Part shown: positions 41,471-54,733 of the stretch, in pieces
Position numbering within the stretch: the first letter of the stretch is position 1
How the letters are laid out: every line of letters begins with the position of its first letter
Assembly: GCF_009914755.1 (NCBI RefSeq)
Contig: NC_060942.1
Source: the human T2T-CHM13v2.0 reference genome, Homo sapiens
Strand: one strand, 5' to 3'
DNA: 64,000 nucleotides
Made by a program: the position numbers and the translations under genes
Notes under the pieces: model-generated
Told to the model about the DNA's origin: nothing
Seen by the model: the letters and a program-made list of their open reading frames with translations, nothing else
Databases searched by the model: none

Positions 41471-44400
41471 TGAGGCAGTCACTGATTATTTCTATGCCTC
41501 CGTGGACTCTTCTTTTGGAAAATCTAAGTTCCCTAAAACTCTAACAGTTAATCTGATAAAATGGGACATAAAATACATATTTTTCCTTCCATGTGATGTG
41601 AGGAAGTTGAGCTTCAAAAAAACGGTCACAAAAACAAAGAGAGTGCCTGGCGGCCTGGACTCCGGATCCTGTGAAATAAACCCGGCCGGAGCTGCTCTTG
41701 TCTGAGGACAGGAGTTCTTGAATCACCTTATTCCTGCGAATAAAGGTGTCCCTCCCACTTGTCAAGCTCTTGAACTGGGTGAATAAACCCAATTTTTGTA
41801 AAATCATAATGTTAATTGACTAACGGTGGAAACAAAAATTTAATCATAAGGTTTGTGAATAGGCATGGATTCCAAGCAAAGAGACTGAGATGCTTTAAAA
41901 TAGATGTTTTTCATCAACCTGTCCACAAAAGAGGCTGTTTTGCCGGACATCCTGGCAGTCATTGATGTCTGAGATTTTTCTGGGACTGTGGATAGGAACG
42001 GTCACATGCAAGCTGTGACTCTCATTGTTCTGTGCTTCCAGGGAAGACGAGCTACCTTTTGAATTAAAAGGTAAATAAGCCATTAGGTTAATGTTTATTC
42101 TTGCAATTTACGAGCAGTTTTTTTTTTCAATTCGCATATTTGTGCTCCAGTTACCTTAATTTTGTACTTCAATTTCAGATGCAATTCTTCTATTCTTAAT
42201 ATATTCAGGTCTCATTTCAACCAAAATATAAGGCTTTTTAAAGCTAGAGAAATATGTGAGTGATTATGTTTGCTGATAATTAAACACCTCAGCATCACGT
42301 ATAATCAAGTAAACTTTATTCATTGAGACAAAAATAGATAAAATACAGAAAAACCAAGAAAATAGTTTCATGGATCTGGTTTCAATTCTGTACAACCACC
42401 ATTTTGGGAGTCCTACTATGTGTCAGGCACAGGAGCTCGTTATTGGATCAACAAGAGAAAGATAATGTCCTATCTATAAGGTGATGACAGAGGAAATGGA
42501 TATGTTATAGATAATTTTTATTAAATGGTCAAAGGCAATTTTAGATTTAGATAATATTTGGCTATAATTTTGTTATAAAATGTGCACTTAAATTTTAAGG
42601 CTTTTAAATGGTAATGATATAAATGTTGCATTGAAATTTCAGTACTAATAATGATCACGTGATGTACTGATACATAAGTCCAGGGAAGAAATAGCCATAT
42701 AACAGAAGAAACCTCTGATGGTTCTAATCCCTGAATATAGGTTAATGTTTCATGACTTACTAATTTTATTAGTAAAACAGAAAGAATATTGTATAGCGAC
42801 TTGTACTTATATGAACACAGATATATTCCAATTATTATGTAGTATTTCTTCATGGTCTAAAAAGGGAGTAATCTAAAAAAGACATTTAATATGACCATGA
42901 CTTGGCATTGGAGAGTTAAAGTGGGTTTACTCTGATTTGCTTTAATAAGTGCTTTATTTTTACATTTTTATTATTAAAAATAATCTCAGAATTTTCTGGT
43001 CTTCCTAACGAGGGGAGAAATAAATTTTCAGAATTTTGAGCTAGAGAATATTTGCACTCATATTTCGCCTTTGCTATAGAATTCTAACCAGTATTTGCTG
43101 TTGCAAATAAATCTTCTAAAAAAAGAATGGCTAAAAAAATTGCTACTAGATGTGCACCAAATGTTTTTCTAACAGGCAGTTAAACTGGATTATATAAATC
43201 AAATGTAATGATGGTTTTTAAGTCACCGTTTTCTCCAGGTCCATTTCATTTTATGATTCTGTCATCAGGTTTCTTTGGTGACAGGCAGGCTTCCTCTGTC
43301 TTTTTTCTGCATTCTTGTCATTTTATGTCGGCTTTATTCTTTAATTTGAACTTGAATCACGTCATCTATTCTTTCTTTTTTCTCCTTTAGTTTTGCTTTA
43401 GTTATTTCGATTCTACACCTTATATGTTCTTTCTAAGTATTTCATACACAAATAGCTTTTATCTCAAGTACTGAGAACTCTTCTAACCTATATAGGTTTT
43501 CTTTACTTTAGGATATGATCCAAAAATATTGAGTTGAATGGACTTACTGGATTAAAAAGGCTGTGATTAAGTATGTTAATTTACATTTTGATTTGTGAAA
43601 ATCAAAGTTGATTAGCAGTATAATGAACATATTTGAAATAATTTGGGCTCTTTTAGCCAGAATTAGAATAAGATTTGTGAGGAAGAAATTGAATCTGCTT
43701 TGGTTATTTAACAGTTTTCTTGCCAGTGTATTTTATGTGGATACAGCACTTAGGAACATCAGAAACATACAGTATTATCATGCTGGAGAGAGACTGTGGG
43801 AAATGCTTCTTTTGCTGTATATGCACTCGTTTAGAATTTTGATCCAAGTTCTGGAATGTTTGTTATATCTGTACATATGTTCAACTCTGTCTTGGATTTG
43901 TTACAGTGTCCAGAGAGCATATCTAAGACTTTTCCTCTGTTTTTCTGGGGAAGTAAAACATACTTTGATGATTCCAGAAACTTTATCCGTATTTTGCTAC
44001 ACATATATACTTACACATATTTGCACAATGTAAACTCTATATTATGAAAATAACACTTACTCATTAAAAATCAAGAATACAGAAGTCCTGCTCCTCTGGG
44101 CTTTCTTAATAATTGGGTGTCTATTCTTCCCAGTTTTTTTCTATGTCTATAGCAGTGGTTCTTATACTTTAGTAAGCGTCAGACTCTACTGGAGGGAGTA
44201 TTAAAACAGATTGCTGGGTCCCACCCCACAGATTCTAATTTAGTGTGTCAAGGGATGACTGTATTACTAGCTTTAGTTCCTTGATTGATTTCTCTTGAAC
44301 TCTAAGTAATATTTTACCTTTTAATCTCTTGTTTCATTATATATAGATAATATCTCTTGATTACCTACAGTGTGATATGATGTGATATGAGTATATTAAT

Positions 44401-45723
44401 AACATTATTCTTTCAACTCTTCCTACTTACTTTCCAAATCTTGTTTACTTGTTTGTCAACACAATCTTTGATTCCATTCTTTAACCATAATTGTCTTCTT
44501 TTCTTTGTCAAGAGTTTGATAATAACTTGGAAATGAAATAGTTTTCTTGATCTGACTGGATACTTATTGTTCTCTAGAGCACCGTGTAATGCACAATGAT
44601 TTTCTTTGTTTTTTTTTAACTCTTTGTCTTCCATGGAGTTTCTATTGCCTTTATTTTTTTACTTTACCCTATACATTTACCATAGCCTCATTTTAAAATA
44701 ACTCAATATACTACCATTTATTCTGTTGATATCCCCTTGCCCAACACTTATCTCTATATCCTTTACTTTATTTTGTTATTTTATTTTATTTATCTTTCTC
44801 TGCTTTTAACTGATTGCTCTCTAGGATAGCTACACAGCTGTTATCCTGGGACTGTCCTTCATAGCTCTTCTCAGTTGGATCATCTCTTTACTACATTCCC
44901 TAATTTCTTCTTTCTTAGTCCTTCCTCTTGCTGAATTACACCCTTCATTAACTTCCTAAGAGGGAAATCAATATGCTGAGTCATGCATATTTGAAAATGT
45001 CTTCAATCAGCCCTTATAAATGATTAAGTGGTTGGCTTATGTAGAATTTTCCATTGAGAATTATTTTCCCGTGAGAAATTTGAAGATATTACTACATTGT
45101 CATCTACCTTCCAGTGTTAGTGATTCTCTTTCCTTAGCAGATTATTTTTCTCCCATATTCTCTGGAAGCCTTAATATCTTTTCTTTATTCTCAGTATTCT
45201 AAAAATTATCTAATTATTCTCTTTTTTTCTCTTCTCTGTTGTCTCTGTTGGGAATCTGTTAGTTTGATGGAAAACAAACTTGATTTCATCCAATTTTATT
45301 TGATGACTATCATCTCTTCTTTATATTCTGCTTTTCTGTAAGATATTCTTCATTGAATGTCTTATCTTCCAAGTGACTGGCAATCATATTTTAATTCCTG
45401 AGTATTTTCTGATTCTCTAATTTTTTCATTTTGATAGCAAATATTATTATTTGTGGATAGACTATTTCCTTAGAGGTCTTTGAATGTATCACTTAAAATT
45501 TTTTCTTTTCCTTTATTGTTTCTTTTTCCTACCCGCCCCCGCAACCCCCAGGGTTAATTTATTTACTTTCTTAAATCTTGGGTTTTATATTGTCTTTTTA
45601 ATCTTGGTCCTTATGTTGCAGGATTTCCTGAAATATCTGGTGACACTTGGTTGCACATTCATACTTAAGAATGAGGCACTAAAAACTTATGACTGAGAGC
45701 CCAGACTTCATGGATTAGTTTTT

Positions 45724-45922
45724 TTTTTTTTTAATTTAACAAGGATGTATTCACAGGAATACACGCAAGTAAAGAAAAATAACAGAAAAACTAAAATGAA
45801 ATGAAGCGTATTCAAACCACTTCCATTCTGTGACTTTTAACTTGTAGTCTCTGCTTATATATGCAGGGTACAGGAGGCCCCCAACATGGGCCAATGCAGT
45901 GAAAGAACCCTGCATTCCATGC
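45724..45922 (-). mobile_element. Candidate L1-mediated short retrocopy or orphan transduction with poly(A)
   Basis: T14 run; AATACA variant signal 13 nt from the tail on the minus strand; flanking direct repeats TTCATGGATTAGTTTTT / TCCATGGCTTAGTTCTT. Confidence 0.55.
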
Positions 45923-46161
45923 TCCATGGCTTAGTTCTTGATACTTTCTAAAACACCAAATTACAGATGGCTTTGCTTAGTGCTATGTCTCTTGAAATGA
46001 CTCTTCTGTTTCTTCCCAATATTGTGCCCAATTTCTTTAAAAAGATCATCTTCCTTTTTTGGAGGTGGTGGCCCGGAGGTGACTTGTATTGCAAAAATAG
46101 GCAGCCAGGTGTTTTGCACATAAAAGTTAGGGATGGGATGAAAAAAAATCAACATTTATAG

Positions 46162-46469
<308 letters not shown>

Positions 46470-46991
46470 TATAGGCTGTTTTTCTTCCCATGTCTCAGTA
46501 ATACTCTCCTTGTTTGCTGGTACTTTTGGGCCTTTAATTTCTCCAAGTCAGCAACTAGCTTGACTGAGACCTCCGTTCCATGTCTTTTAAGTTGTGATTT
46601 TCCTGCTGCACTTTGTCTTGCATATACAATCTTATAATTGCTTTCAAAATCTCCATTCCATTAAAAATAAAATTTTTGTGGAACCTTATTCCTTTACTAT
46701 TATGCTAATGAGGTCTGAGAAATGGGGGCAATAAAAACATGTTCTTAGTCTTGTGTCCGAAGTATAAAATGTCACATGTAAAGTTTATATCCAAGGTATA
46801 TTACATCTTATTTTGGTGAAATCACAATTTAGAAAGGATTATGATTGGGCTGAATTTTAAAAGTAGTTTGAGACTTTTGTGCGTGAATCAGTGTACAGAA
46901 TCAGCTGTCAATGGATCCCTGACAAAATCCTTGTTTAATTTTTTGTCACTTACGGGAGACTTTTTTTTTCCCCATGGGAGCTGTTCTAGAA

Positions 46992-47196
46992 CAGCACTGT
47001 CCAATAGCACCTTCAGTACTTGGAAATGTTCTATTATTTGCACTATACACTATGGTATCCATGAGCCACATGTGGGTTTTGAGCACTTGAAATGTGGCTA
47101 GTGCTACTGAGGGAATGGATTTTATATTTTGTTCAATTTTAACTAAATTAATGTGAATAACCACATGTGGCTGGTAGCACCTTGCTGGACAGGCAG
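46992..47196. mobile_element. MER3 hAT-Charlie MITE
   Basis: CAGCACTGTCCAATAG...GAGCACTTGAAATGTGGCTAGTG...CCACATGTGGCTGGTAG; TSD-like TTCTAGAA/TTCTAGAT. Confidence 0.8.
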
Positions 47197-49073
47197 TTCT
47201 AGATCAATGGACTGTCATTCATCATCAGGATTTATCTATGTGGATTCTTTTCTATAGCATGAGACATCTCTTTTTTTAAAAAAAAAGTATTTTTTTTTAA
47301 TCCCACCAAGTATTAGTTCTTTACAGGCAGGAACAGGGTAGTTCATGCTCATTCTTGCATTTTCAGTGCCTAAAACAGTGCCTGGCACTTAGTAGATGAT
47401 CAAAAGCATTTGTTGGCCAAGTGAATAGAGAATAGAGAAAGCAAACAAGATTTTGAGTGTGTAGATATGACCTTTATCAGGCCATTTCTAGGTAGAGATT
47501 TCAGACAAGGATTCAGCTGTAAAGAATAGATGCTTCATTTTCCACTTCAAAATGTCATGTAACAAGCACTTTTATGTTATCATGGAAACACTTCTTATGT
47601 TGCATGTGAACCATTTATTCTACTTGGATGCACATTTGCCATTTTATTTGTGCTATTTTTTTACTTAGCTAAACCCTCTGTGTTCTTTCTGATTCAGCTT
47701 AGGTGACACCAATGTCCAGGAAGAATTCTTCAGCTCTTCACTCCCACTTCACCCCACCCAGCCCCATGCTTCTCTGGACCTCATTTAAAAGCATCTTCTC
47801 TGTTGTGTTAGCTACTCTCACCTTGCATGGTGGTTTCACGTTCACATCTTCTCCATGATACTGTGAACTTTTTCGAGGCAACACCATATCTTAATTAGCT
47901 CTGGTACTTAGCATAATACCAGAGAGATGTGGGCATGTGACCAGCTCTTTTCCTCATATTAATTGCTAGGCTGGACTGTTGGCTATAGTATAATACTAAT
48001 GGCCTACAAGGTAAATACATTTAATAGACAAAGTGTTTGTGTTTGCTCTTCTCTTATTTTAAATGTAGTTATCAGAGACTGAGAAAAAGGACTTATCTTT
48101 CTTGGTATTTAATGTATATTTGATATTATTTAGAAATATATATAAATACCAATAATTCATAACTAATAAATTGCATTAATCTTCATCTATGTATTTACTA
48201 AACATGATAGAGTTTTTCTCAAGATAGCCTTATTTTGTCTCTGCATTTTCTCTTTTTTGGAGGCAAGAGCGGAACGCTAAATTGCACTTTCCGTCTTGGT
48301 AGAAGGCTGTGCTTGATAATTGTGGAGCTGACATGAAAGGCAGCTGCAGTTCTGAAGGGACTGCTGTGTTTTAGATAGGGTTAGGATAGGTGCCATCTTC
48401 TCAAGTGAGGTTTGCATATCTGTGAGGCACATTTCAGCAAAGCAAGCAAATGCTGATAAACCGTCCTCTTAGAGCAGGAAAGAGGCAAACAACTCAGTGT
48501 TTTTTAAAAAAATGAGACATGTAGAGAGACACGGTCCTGATAACAAAAGAGCCCAGGATGTTTCATGTCTTTCTGGGAGAGAGGAGGGGAAGAAAGACAC
48601 AGAAACCCAGGATCTCATCCTAACAGCTGTAAGAGGATTAAATACCATGGCCTGAGGAACTGTTTCAGTGCACAGTATCCTGGAGCTGCTGAGGCCACAG
48701 GAAGGGAAACAGCTTAGAACCATTTAGGCAGAGCTTTAGGGGGCAGAAGCACAGGACTGACGGAAGGATGGCATGCAGACCCGAGTTGTCTCTACCTCAG
48801 CCCAGAGCTCCATAGATGTCAGTGCTCCTTTTTCTGGGCTGCTGGGTGATCTGGACGCCACCCATGGTGGCTGTAGGTAGCCAACCTTGACAGCACATGA
48901 TGATTCTCCCTGAAAGGCAGTAACCCTCAGGCTTCTTCTCCATGGGACTTGGAAGGAGATGAAAGAGCAATGCCCTGTCTGGTCCCCTTGTTGACACACT
49001 GGATTATAGCAGAAATACATAAAATTTTATACCAAGGCTCAGGTGAATTTTAGGATGATATTGTAGCATGGGA

Positions 49074-49733
49074 CAGGTGTAGGCAGACCTTTTCTGTAAA
49101 GGTGCAGGTATTAGCTTGTTAGGGCCACCATAACAAAATACCACAGGCTGCATGACTTAAACACTCACAGTTCTGCAGACTGGAAGTCCAAGATCAAGGT
49201 GCCGGCAGCATTGCATTCCTCCACAGCCTCTCTCCTTGGTTTGCAGACCGATGCCTTCTCGCTGTGTCCTCGTGGCCTTTCCTCTGCCTGCCCACATGTG
49301 TGTTCTAATCTCCTCTTCTTATAGAGATAACAGTCATATTGGATGAGGCCACTCATGGCCTCATTTAACCTAATTATCTCTTTAAAGGCCTATCTTCAAA
49401 TACAGTCACAGTCTGAGGTACTGGGGGTTAGGACTTCAACATATGAATTTTGGAGGGACACAATTCAGTCCATATTAAGATATATCCTAAATATTTTAAG
49501 CTTTTACAGCTTCTTATCCCTGTCATTTAGTGTGAAAGATGCCCAGGCAGTACATAAATGAATGAATGTGGCTGTGTTCCAATAAAACTTTATTTATGGA
49601 CACATTTAAATTTCATACAATTTTCACACATCATGAAATCTTATTTTTTTTCCAGCCATTTAAAAATGTGAAAACCTTTCTTAGCTCATAGGCTGCCTAA
49701 AATCAGTCCGCAGACGGGATTTATCAACCCCTG
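49074..49733. mobile_element. MER58B hAT MITE containing an MLT1B-like LTR (~49107-49478, minus)
   Basis: CAGGTGTAGGCAGACCTTTTCTGTAAAGG ... GGCTGTGTTCCAATAAAACTTTATTTA ... AACCCCTG; the insert has GTATTAG..AGGGCCACCATAACAAAATACCACAG...GGACTTCAACATATGAATTTTGG. Confidence 0.82.
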
Positions 49734-51114
49734 GAATAGAAATGCTGCTGCAACCCTGTCCAGTGCAATGTTGTGTGTGGCAGCCAATCCTCACAGTCTC
49801 TTTCAACCTGAGTGGATTTATGTGGGTTTATGTGTTCTGACAAGTATTTCATAGTGAACTCAGCCTGCTATGGAGACGTTTTGCTCTTTGCTGGGATACC
49901 CTTGGACATAGTGAGTAAAGCCATCCATCATCATGAGAGTATTGACGATGTCCTCCCTGCCTGGTGCCAAGGATGGAAAATATATCACACACATTCTACC
50001 AGATTCTGGGTTGAATGGCCCCTAATAGGTTGCCTATTCAAACAGCTCTTTGGGATGAGGAGTCACAGGATTGCCTTCAGTTTTAACATCCCCCGCCATT
50101 TCAGACTTGAATTAATTCCAATGACATAGGGCAGTGCCTAGGGGAAGAAATCAATAGTTCCTATAATCCTTTTACAGGCATTTCATTAACCAGCACCAGT
50201 TGTGGCTCATCCAGGAGCAGGGACCTCAGGCCTTTCAAAAAGCCCTGCTGTGCCACCCAAGGAGGGCCTGCATTTTCTGTCTCCCTAGTTTGGGGTCTTT
50301 CAATTGAGCTTATGGCTGGTTCTCCAGCCCTAACGAAGAAGAGGTGATCCATCTCAGGATGAATCCTTAACTTTGGCCATGCCCCTCATTGAAGAGTGTC
50401 CACCTTCCTGGGTATGCTTTGTAGACATTGCCCTCTTTCTGGCCTGGTAACATAAGCTGGAGTTGGGTGGGTAGTGCATTCAGAGAGCCTTGGCATTGTG
50501 GCCAGGTCTGGGTTTGTGTACAGTACCAATGTTTGTCAGCATGGCCATTTATTCCTGCTTGGTGGCACCCATTCAGCACTGGTGAGCCCATCTGTAAGCA
50601 GGTGATCTTCAGTCTAAGCCTGAGAAGGTACCTTGTCTATATACATGCTCTGAACTTCATATCAATAGCATTCTGAATCAGTTCTGGAACTTATTCTAAC
50701 CAAAGAGTTTAATCAGTTTCCGTATCTCTCTTTGAATCCATTATGACCCCCACACCCTCAGAGAAGATTAAGAAGACCCCAAAAACATCTTAAGGTGAAG
50801 TATCTGGAACAGATCAGCAAAAGCCAGAATAAAATGCCTGCTGAGAGCTTTGCAGCATGATCACAGTTATCACTCCACCAGTTCTTGCAGTATGCGGGAA
50901 GCCAGACCTCTATTTTTGTCCCAGAAATGTCTGTATCACAGGGCATTCTGGCATAGAGTAGCTTGAAGTCCAAATCTTGAGTGATTTGGCCGGGCTAAAC
51001 TTGAGTGGTTTGGTCTTATAACACTGAGTGAAACTACAAAATGGTTTAGCTCTCTGAAACTGGTAGTAACAGTCAGAGACATTTTTAGAGTTATTTCCCC
51101 TTGCTAGGGGACCT

Positions 51115-52500
51115 AGAAGCCATGGATTGGGAAGGGAGAGGCAACATGGCCCTAGGGCGAGGCACTGCCTGGCTTTCCCTGCACAAAGCTGGGTGCAGAC
51201 TTTGTGGAGGCATGCTCTGCAACAGGAGCTAGAGGCAGAGGTGGAGTGACAGGATTCGCAATGGAGCACAAGAGGCGTCCAATACAATTATCCTGCCCTC
51301 TGTACCACTGAGATCCACTCAAGTAAGCATGACACATTTCTCCTCGAAGTAGTGGCCAGCTACACTCTCCAAAAATGACTACTACTATGGGTTAGCAATA
51401 GAAGAAACAGTAGTACTCCCTGCTTTAGCTGCTCTTGAGACCGTAATTGGGAACACCACCCATTCTATCTTCTCTCATTATTGGTTAACATTTTAGCTGG
51501 TCGGCCCTACAGAGTTAAGGGGATTCAAGCCTTGTCCCAGGGGCTGGGGTTGGGGATGTGTTTTCTTCTTTTCTGTTGCGAGAACTGGTGGCTGCAAAGT
51601 CCTATTCACTGTTAAAAGCAGCAAGGGCAGCCCAGCCTTCTTTTTTGTCTCTTAATTCACCAACATAAGGAGATACGGTGACCAGGCGGGAGCTGTAGCT
51701 TTTGATTCTATGGAAGGTTACTGTGCTCTCTTATGTAAGTGATCATCATGCTGGGAACCAAGACCTTCAATCAAGCAAACCTTAAGGTTGCAGAGCTGGG
51801 AAGCATAAATTACTCGAGTGGATCTGCAGGATGGGTGGGTAGAAGGATCAAACCTGCTTCATGCACTTGGTTCCCAGGGGTTTAACCACTGTGGACACAG
51901 CATCATACATCAGTATATTAGGGTTCTCCAGAAAACAGAACTGATAGGATCTATAGATATACATATATAATATACAAGAGGTGATTTATTATGGGATTTG
52001 GCTCATGTAAATATGAAGACCCAGAAGTCCTAAGATATGCTGTCTACAAGCTGGACAACCAGGAAAGCCAGTGGTACAATTCAGTCTGAGTCTAAAGACC
52101 TGAGAATTGGCGGCAGGGGGCGAGGTGGTGGGTTGCTGGAGTAAGTCCTGCAGTTCATAGTCCTGAGAACTGGGAGTTCTAATATCCAAGGGCAGGAGAA
52201 GACAGATGTTTCAAGAAGAGAGAGCAAATTCACCCTTCATTATTTTGTTTTATCTGGCCCCTCAATGTATTGGATGATACACACTCACAATGGTGAGGGC
52301 AGATCTTCTTTACTCAGTTTACTGATTCGCATGCTAATCTCTTCTGGAAACACCCTCGCAGGCATACCCAGAAATAATGTTTTATCAGCTATCAGGTATC
52401 CCTTAGCCCAGACAAGTTGTCACATAAAATTAATCATCACAATCAGCCTTAGGTTTAGTGCAGTTACTGCACCCTCCAGGACAATGCCTGTGTAGTAAAC
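51115..52500 (-). mobile_element. ERVL-class (ERV3-16A3/HERV16-like) 3' pol/dUTPase remnant plus partial LTR33-like 3' LTR (51115-51286)
   Basis: Minus strand GGGAACCAAG..GAAG...CTTCCCAGCTCTGCAACCTTAAGG..GGTCTTGGTTCCCAG resembles the ERVL 3' pol region; PPT-like GGATCTCAGTGGTACAGAGGG then TGTATTGGACGCCTCTTGTGC. Confidence 0.65.
51914..52441 (-). mobile_element. MLT2B-like (HERVL) solo LTR
   Basis: TATATTAGGGTTCTCCAGAAAACAGAAC ... CATAAAATTAATCATCACA; TSD ATCAG at 51909-51913 and 52442-52446. Confidence 0.87.
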
Positions 52501-54446
52501 TCCCACTGGCAGACTTGCTGGATCAGAATATCCTGGGAGGACTGTGATACTCCTAACTTATTCCAAATTCACCCAAATTCCACTTGGAATTTCACTGAAA
52601 ATTCCAAAATCACCCAAGGAGCAATAAGCTGATGCATTCAACCCACCAATACCTAACTTTGATAGTTGTTAGGGTCATGGGAAAATTGCTGCTTGTAGGA
52701 AGATGGTAGCCACTTGTCCCCTTCATCAAGCAGTACAGATCAAGTTCTTGGGTTCTTACTGTGCCTGTGGCCTTACTTGTCTGAGGACGGGGATTGTTTG
52801 AGTTGTCTAGATGAGTTGAGCCTAATCTTGTAAGGGGTTGAGGTGGCTCACCCAAAACCCCACACACATTTCCCTGTGGGGCCCACGCTGCCTCTATATG
52901 GCATCCTGCCCACCACAACAGCAGAAACCCACATGTTTGCTGAGATGTGTCCTTGCCCTTGATGTTGAAGTTGGTGCTTTACAATCCTCCATGCCTATAG
53001 ATTTCATTGGCCATACCCCAGTCTTTTATTGCCATGACTCACCTTGACATCTGTGAACAAAACTTGATCCTGAACTTGAGACAAGGACTCTCTGGGCTTA
53101 CCCTTGTCCTTAAGTGTGTATTACCTTTGTCGCTGTCTTTCCTTTTTCATATATCAGCTGCATTTCCACTGCAAACTAGAAGGTTCTTCAGGTCATCATG
53201 AAACATGAGCTTACTAAGCAGGAATCTCTATAGCCTATCCCTCAGCCTGGCCTGGGTCTCTGGATACATTGTTTGGTTCCTTTTTCTTCCACTTGATAAA
53301 TAATTTCTACAACCTCATTATATTTTTAGGAACTTTCTAAACTCCACTGACCTTCCTCTACCCTGTCCTTTTGGGAAAGTAGTGGGAAACTTGGCATGCA
53401 CCTCCTTGTCACTTTGTACATCACTAAAGATCTACTCCATGGCAGTCATGTAGAGGCCAGTGCATTTGAGACCATACACAGATGCCACCACTAGTCCTTT
53501 TGAACACAGTGGGTTCTCTGTGCTTCTGTCGTTGGACCTTGACTTTCCTACTGCATCTCCTTGGGGGAGTACAGACAAAGTTGAGTTTCCTCATCCCTCG
53601 ATGCAGACATTCTATGCCAGGTATACAGTCTAAGTTTGTAATAGTTAATAGAAGCCACTATTTTTTGCTGGCCACTTGTCTGATGTCATCACCTCTGTAT
53701 CCCAGCACAGCTACTGGACCAGCCACACCATACCCTCACAAGAATGGCCATGGGTCTGGCTCCTCATTTGAGAACTGGCCTGACTTCTATAGACACTTCT
53801 TATCAGAGAATTAGGACTTAGATACTTATTGCCTTCTTTCGTCTCCCTGCCCATGTGCCACCTCCTTTGCAAGACTCCAAATCATGAACCCTTCCTTAGA
53901 AAAACTCTATTTTTCCACATAGGAAAGTGTCACCCTATGTTAGACTGGCACCTGGCAAATTATTTAAAACTGAAGCCAGAATCAAGAAGGAACACTATGA
54001 GAATAACTTCTAGGTGCTAAAATGTTTTATCTCTAGCTGGGTTGCCTGGACTACATATTCTTAGGTTGCATCTGGCTTATTCATTAATTAAAACCTGATC
54101 ATGTTAATGAGTGTCAGGAGTTTGGGCAGGAGAAAGACAATTAATTCTGTTTTGTCCTTGTTACATCTGATACCTGGGAGATAACTGATCCATGATTTGG
54201 AAATCACAAAAGAGACAATAATATTTAGATTTGGGAACCATCAATGTGTATGTGGTAATCAATAACATAAGGGTGGATGAAAGCACTCAAAGTAGAATAC
54301 AGAAAGAGTATTGGACTGCAAGCAGAACCCTGGAATGCCAACACTAAGATATGTGCAAGAAGGAACTGTCAGAAAGCAGAAAGAAATAGTTTTAGAGTTC
54401 AGAAACCTGAGAAAGGACAAATTTCAAGGGATGAAAAATAAGTAAA

Positions 54447-54733
54447 GCCAGGCATGGTGGCGTGTGCCTGTTATCTCAGCTACTTGGGAGGCTGAGGCAG
54501 AAGGATCACTTGATCCCAGGAGTTCTGGGCTGTAGTGCGCTATGCTGGCTGCCCATGCTAAGTCTGGCATCAATATGGTGATTTCCTGCAAGTGGGGACC
54601 ACCTGGTTGCCTCAGGAGGGGTGAACTGGCCCAGGTCAGAAACGGAGCAGGTCAAAACTCCCACGCTGAAGTGGGATTGCATCTGTGAATAGCCAGTGCA
54701 CTCCAGCCTGGACAACACCTCATCTCTTAAAAA
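54447..54733 (+). pseudogene. 7SL (SRP) RNA processed pseudogene
   Basis: Alu-like ends enclosing the S domain (GGAGTTCTGGGCTGTAGTGCGCTATG...GGCATCAATATGGTGA...GGTGAACTGGCCCAGGTCAGAAACGGAGCAGGTCAAAACTCCC); A tail; TSD AAAAATAAGT(A/C)AA; inserted in an antisense L2. Confidence 0.92.

Larger units (their letters stand above)
48900..53950 (-). mobile_element. Fossil Ty3/Gypsy retrotransposon internal region (MamGyp-like; PNMA-type gag, pro, RT thumb, RNase H, IN), pseudogenised and interrupted
   Basis: Hand translation of the minus strand gives collinear motifs: YYKLRLY..RDEE (~53643), YMTAME*IFSDVQSDKEVHAKF (~53452), QARLR, GFCCCGGQD knuckle (~52930), VECISLL protease (~52650), RELNHF/SFTQCYK (~51060), ILAFAD..SEGVGVIM (~50830), KPRPGHNAKAL (~50515), MAGDVK..QSCD (~50100), NTLMMMDGFTHYVQGYPSKEQ (~49945), YHPK..FCYN (~49060-49005). 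Confidence 0.8.

Noticed and set aside
51115-51230. Apparent Gypsy RT motif (GHVAS, resembling LGHVVS)
   Set aside because: The same bases fit an LTR33-like LTR directly after a PPT, so the peptide match is probably coincidental and was not counted as evidence.
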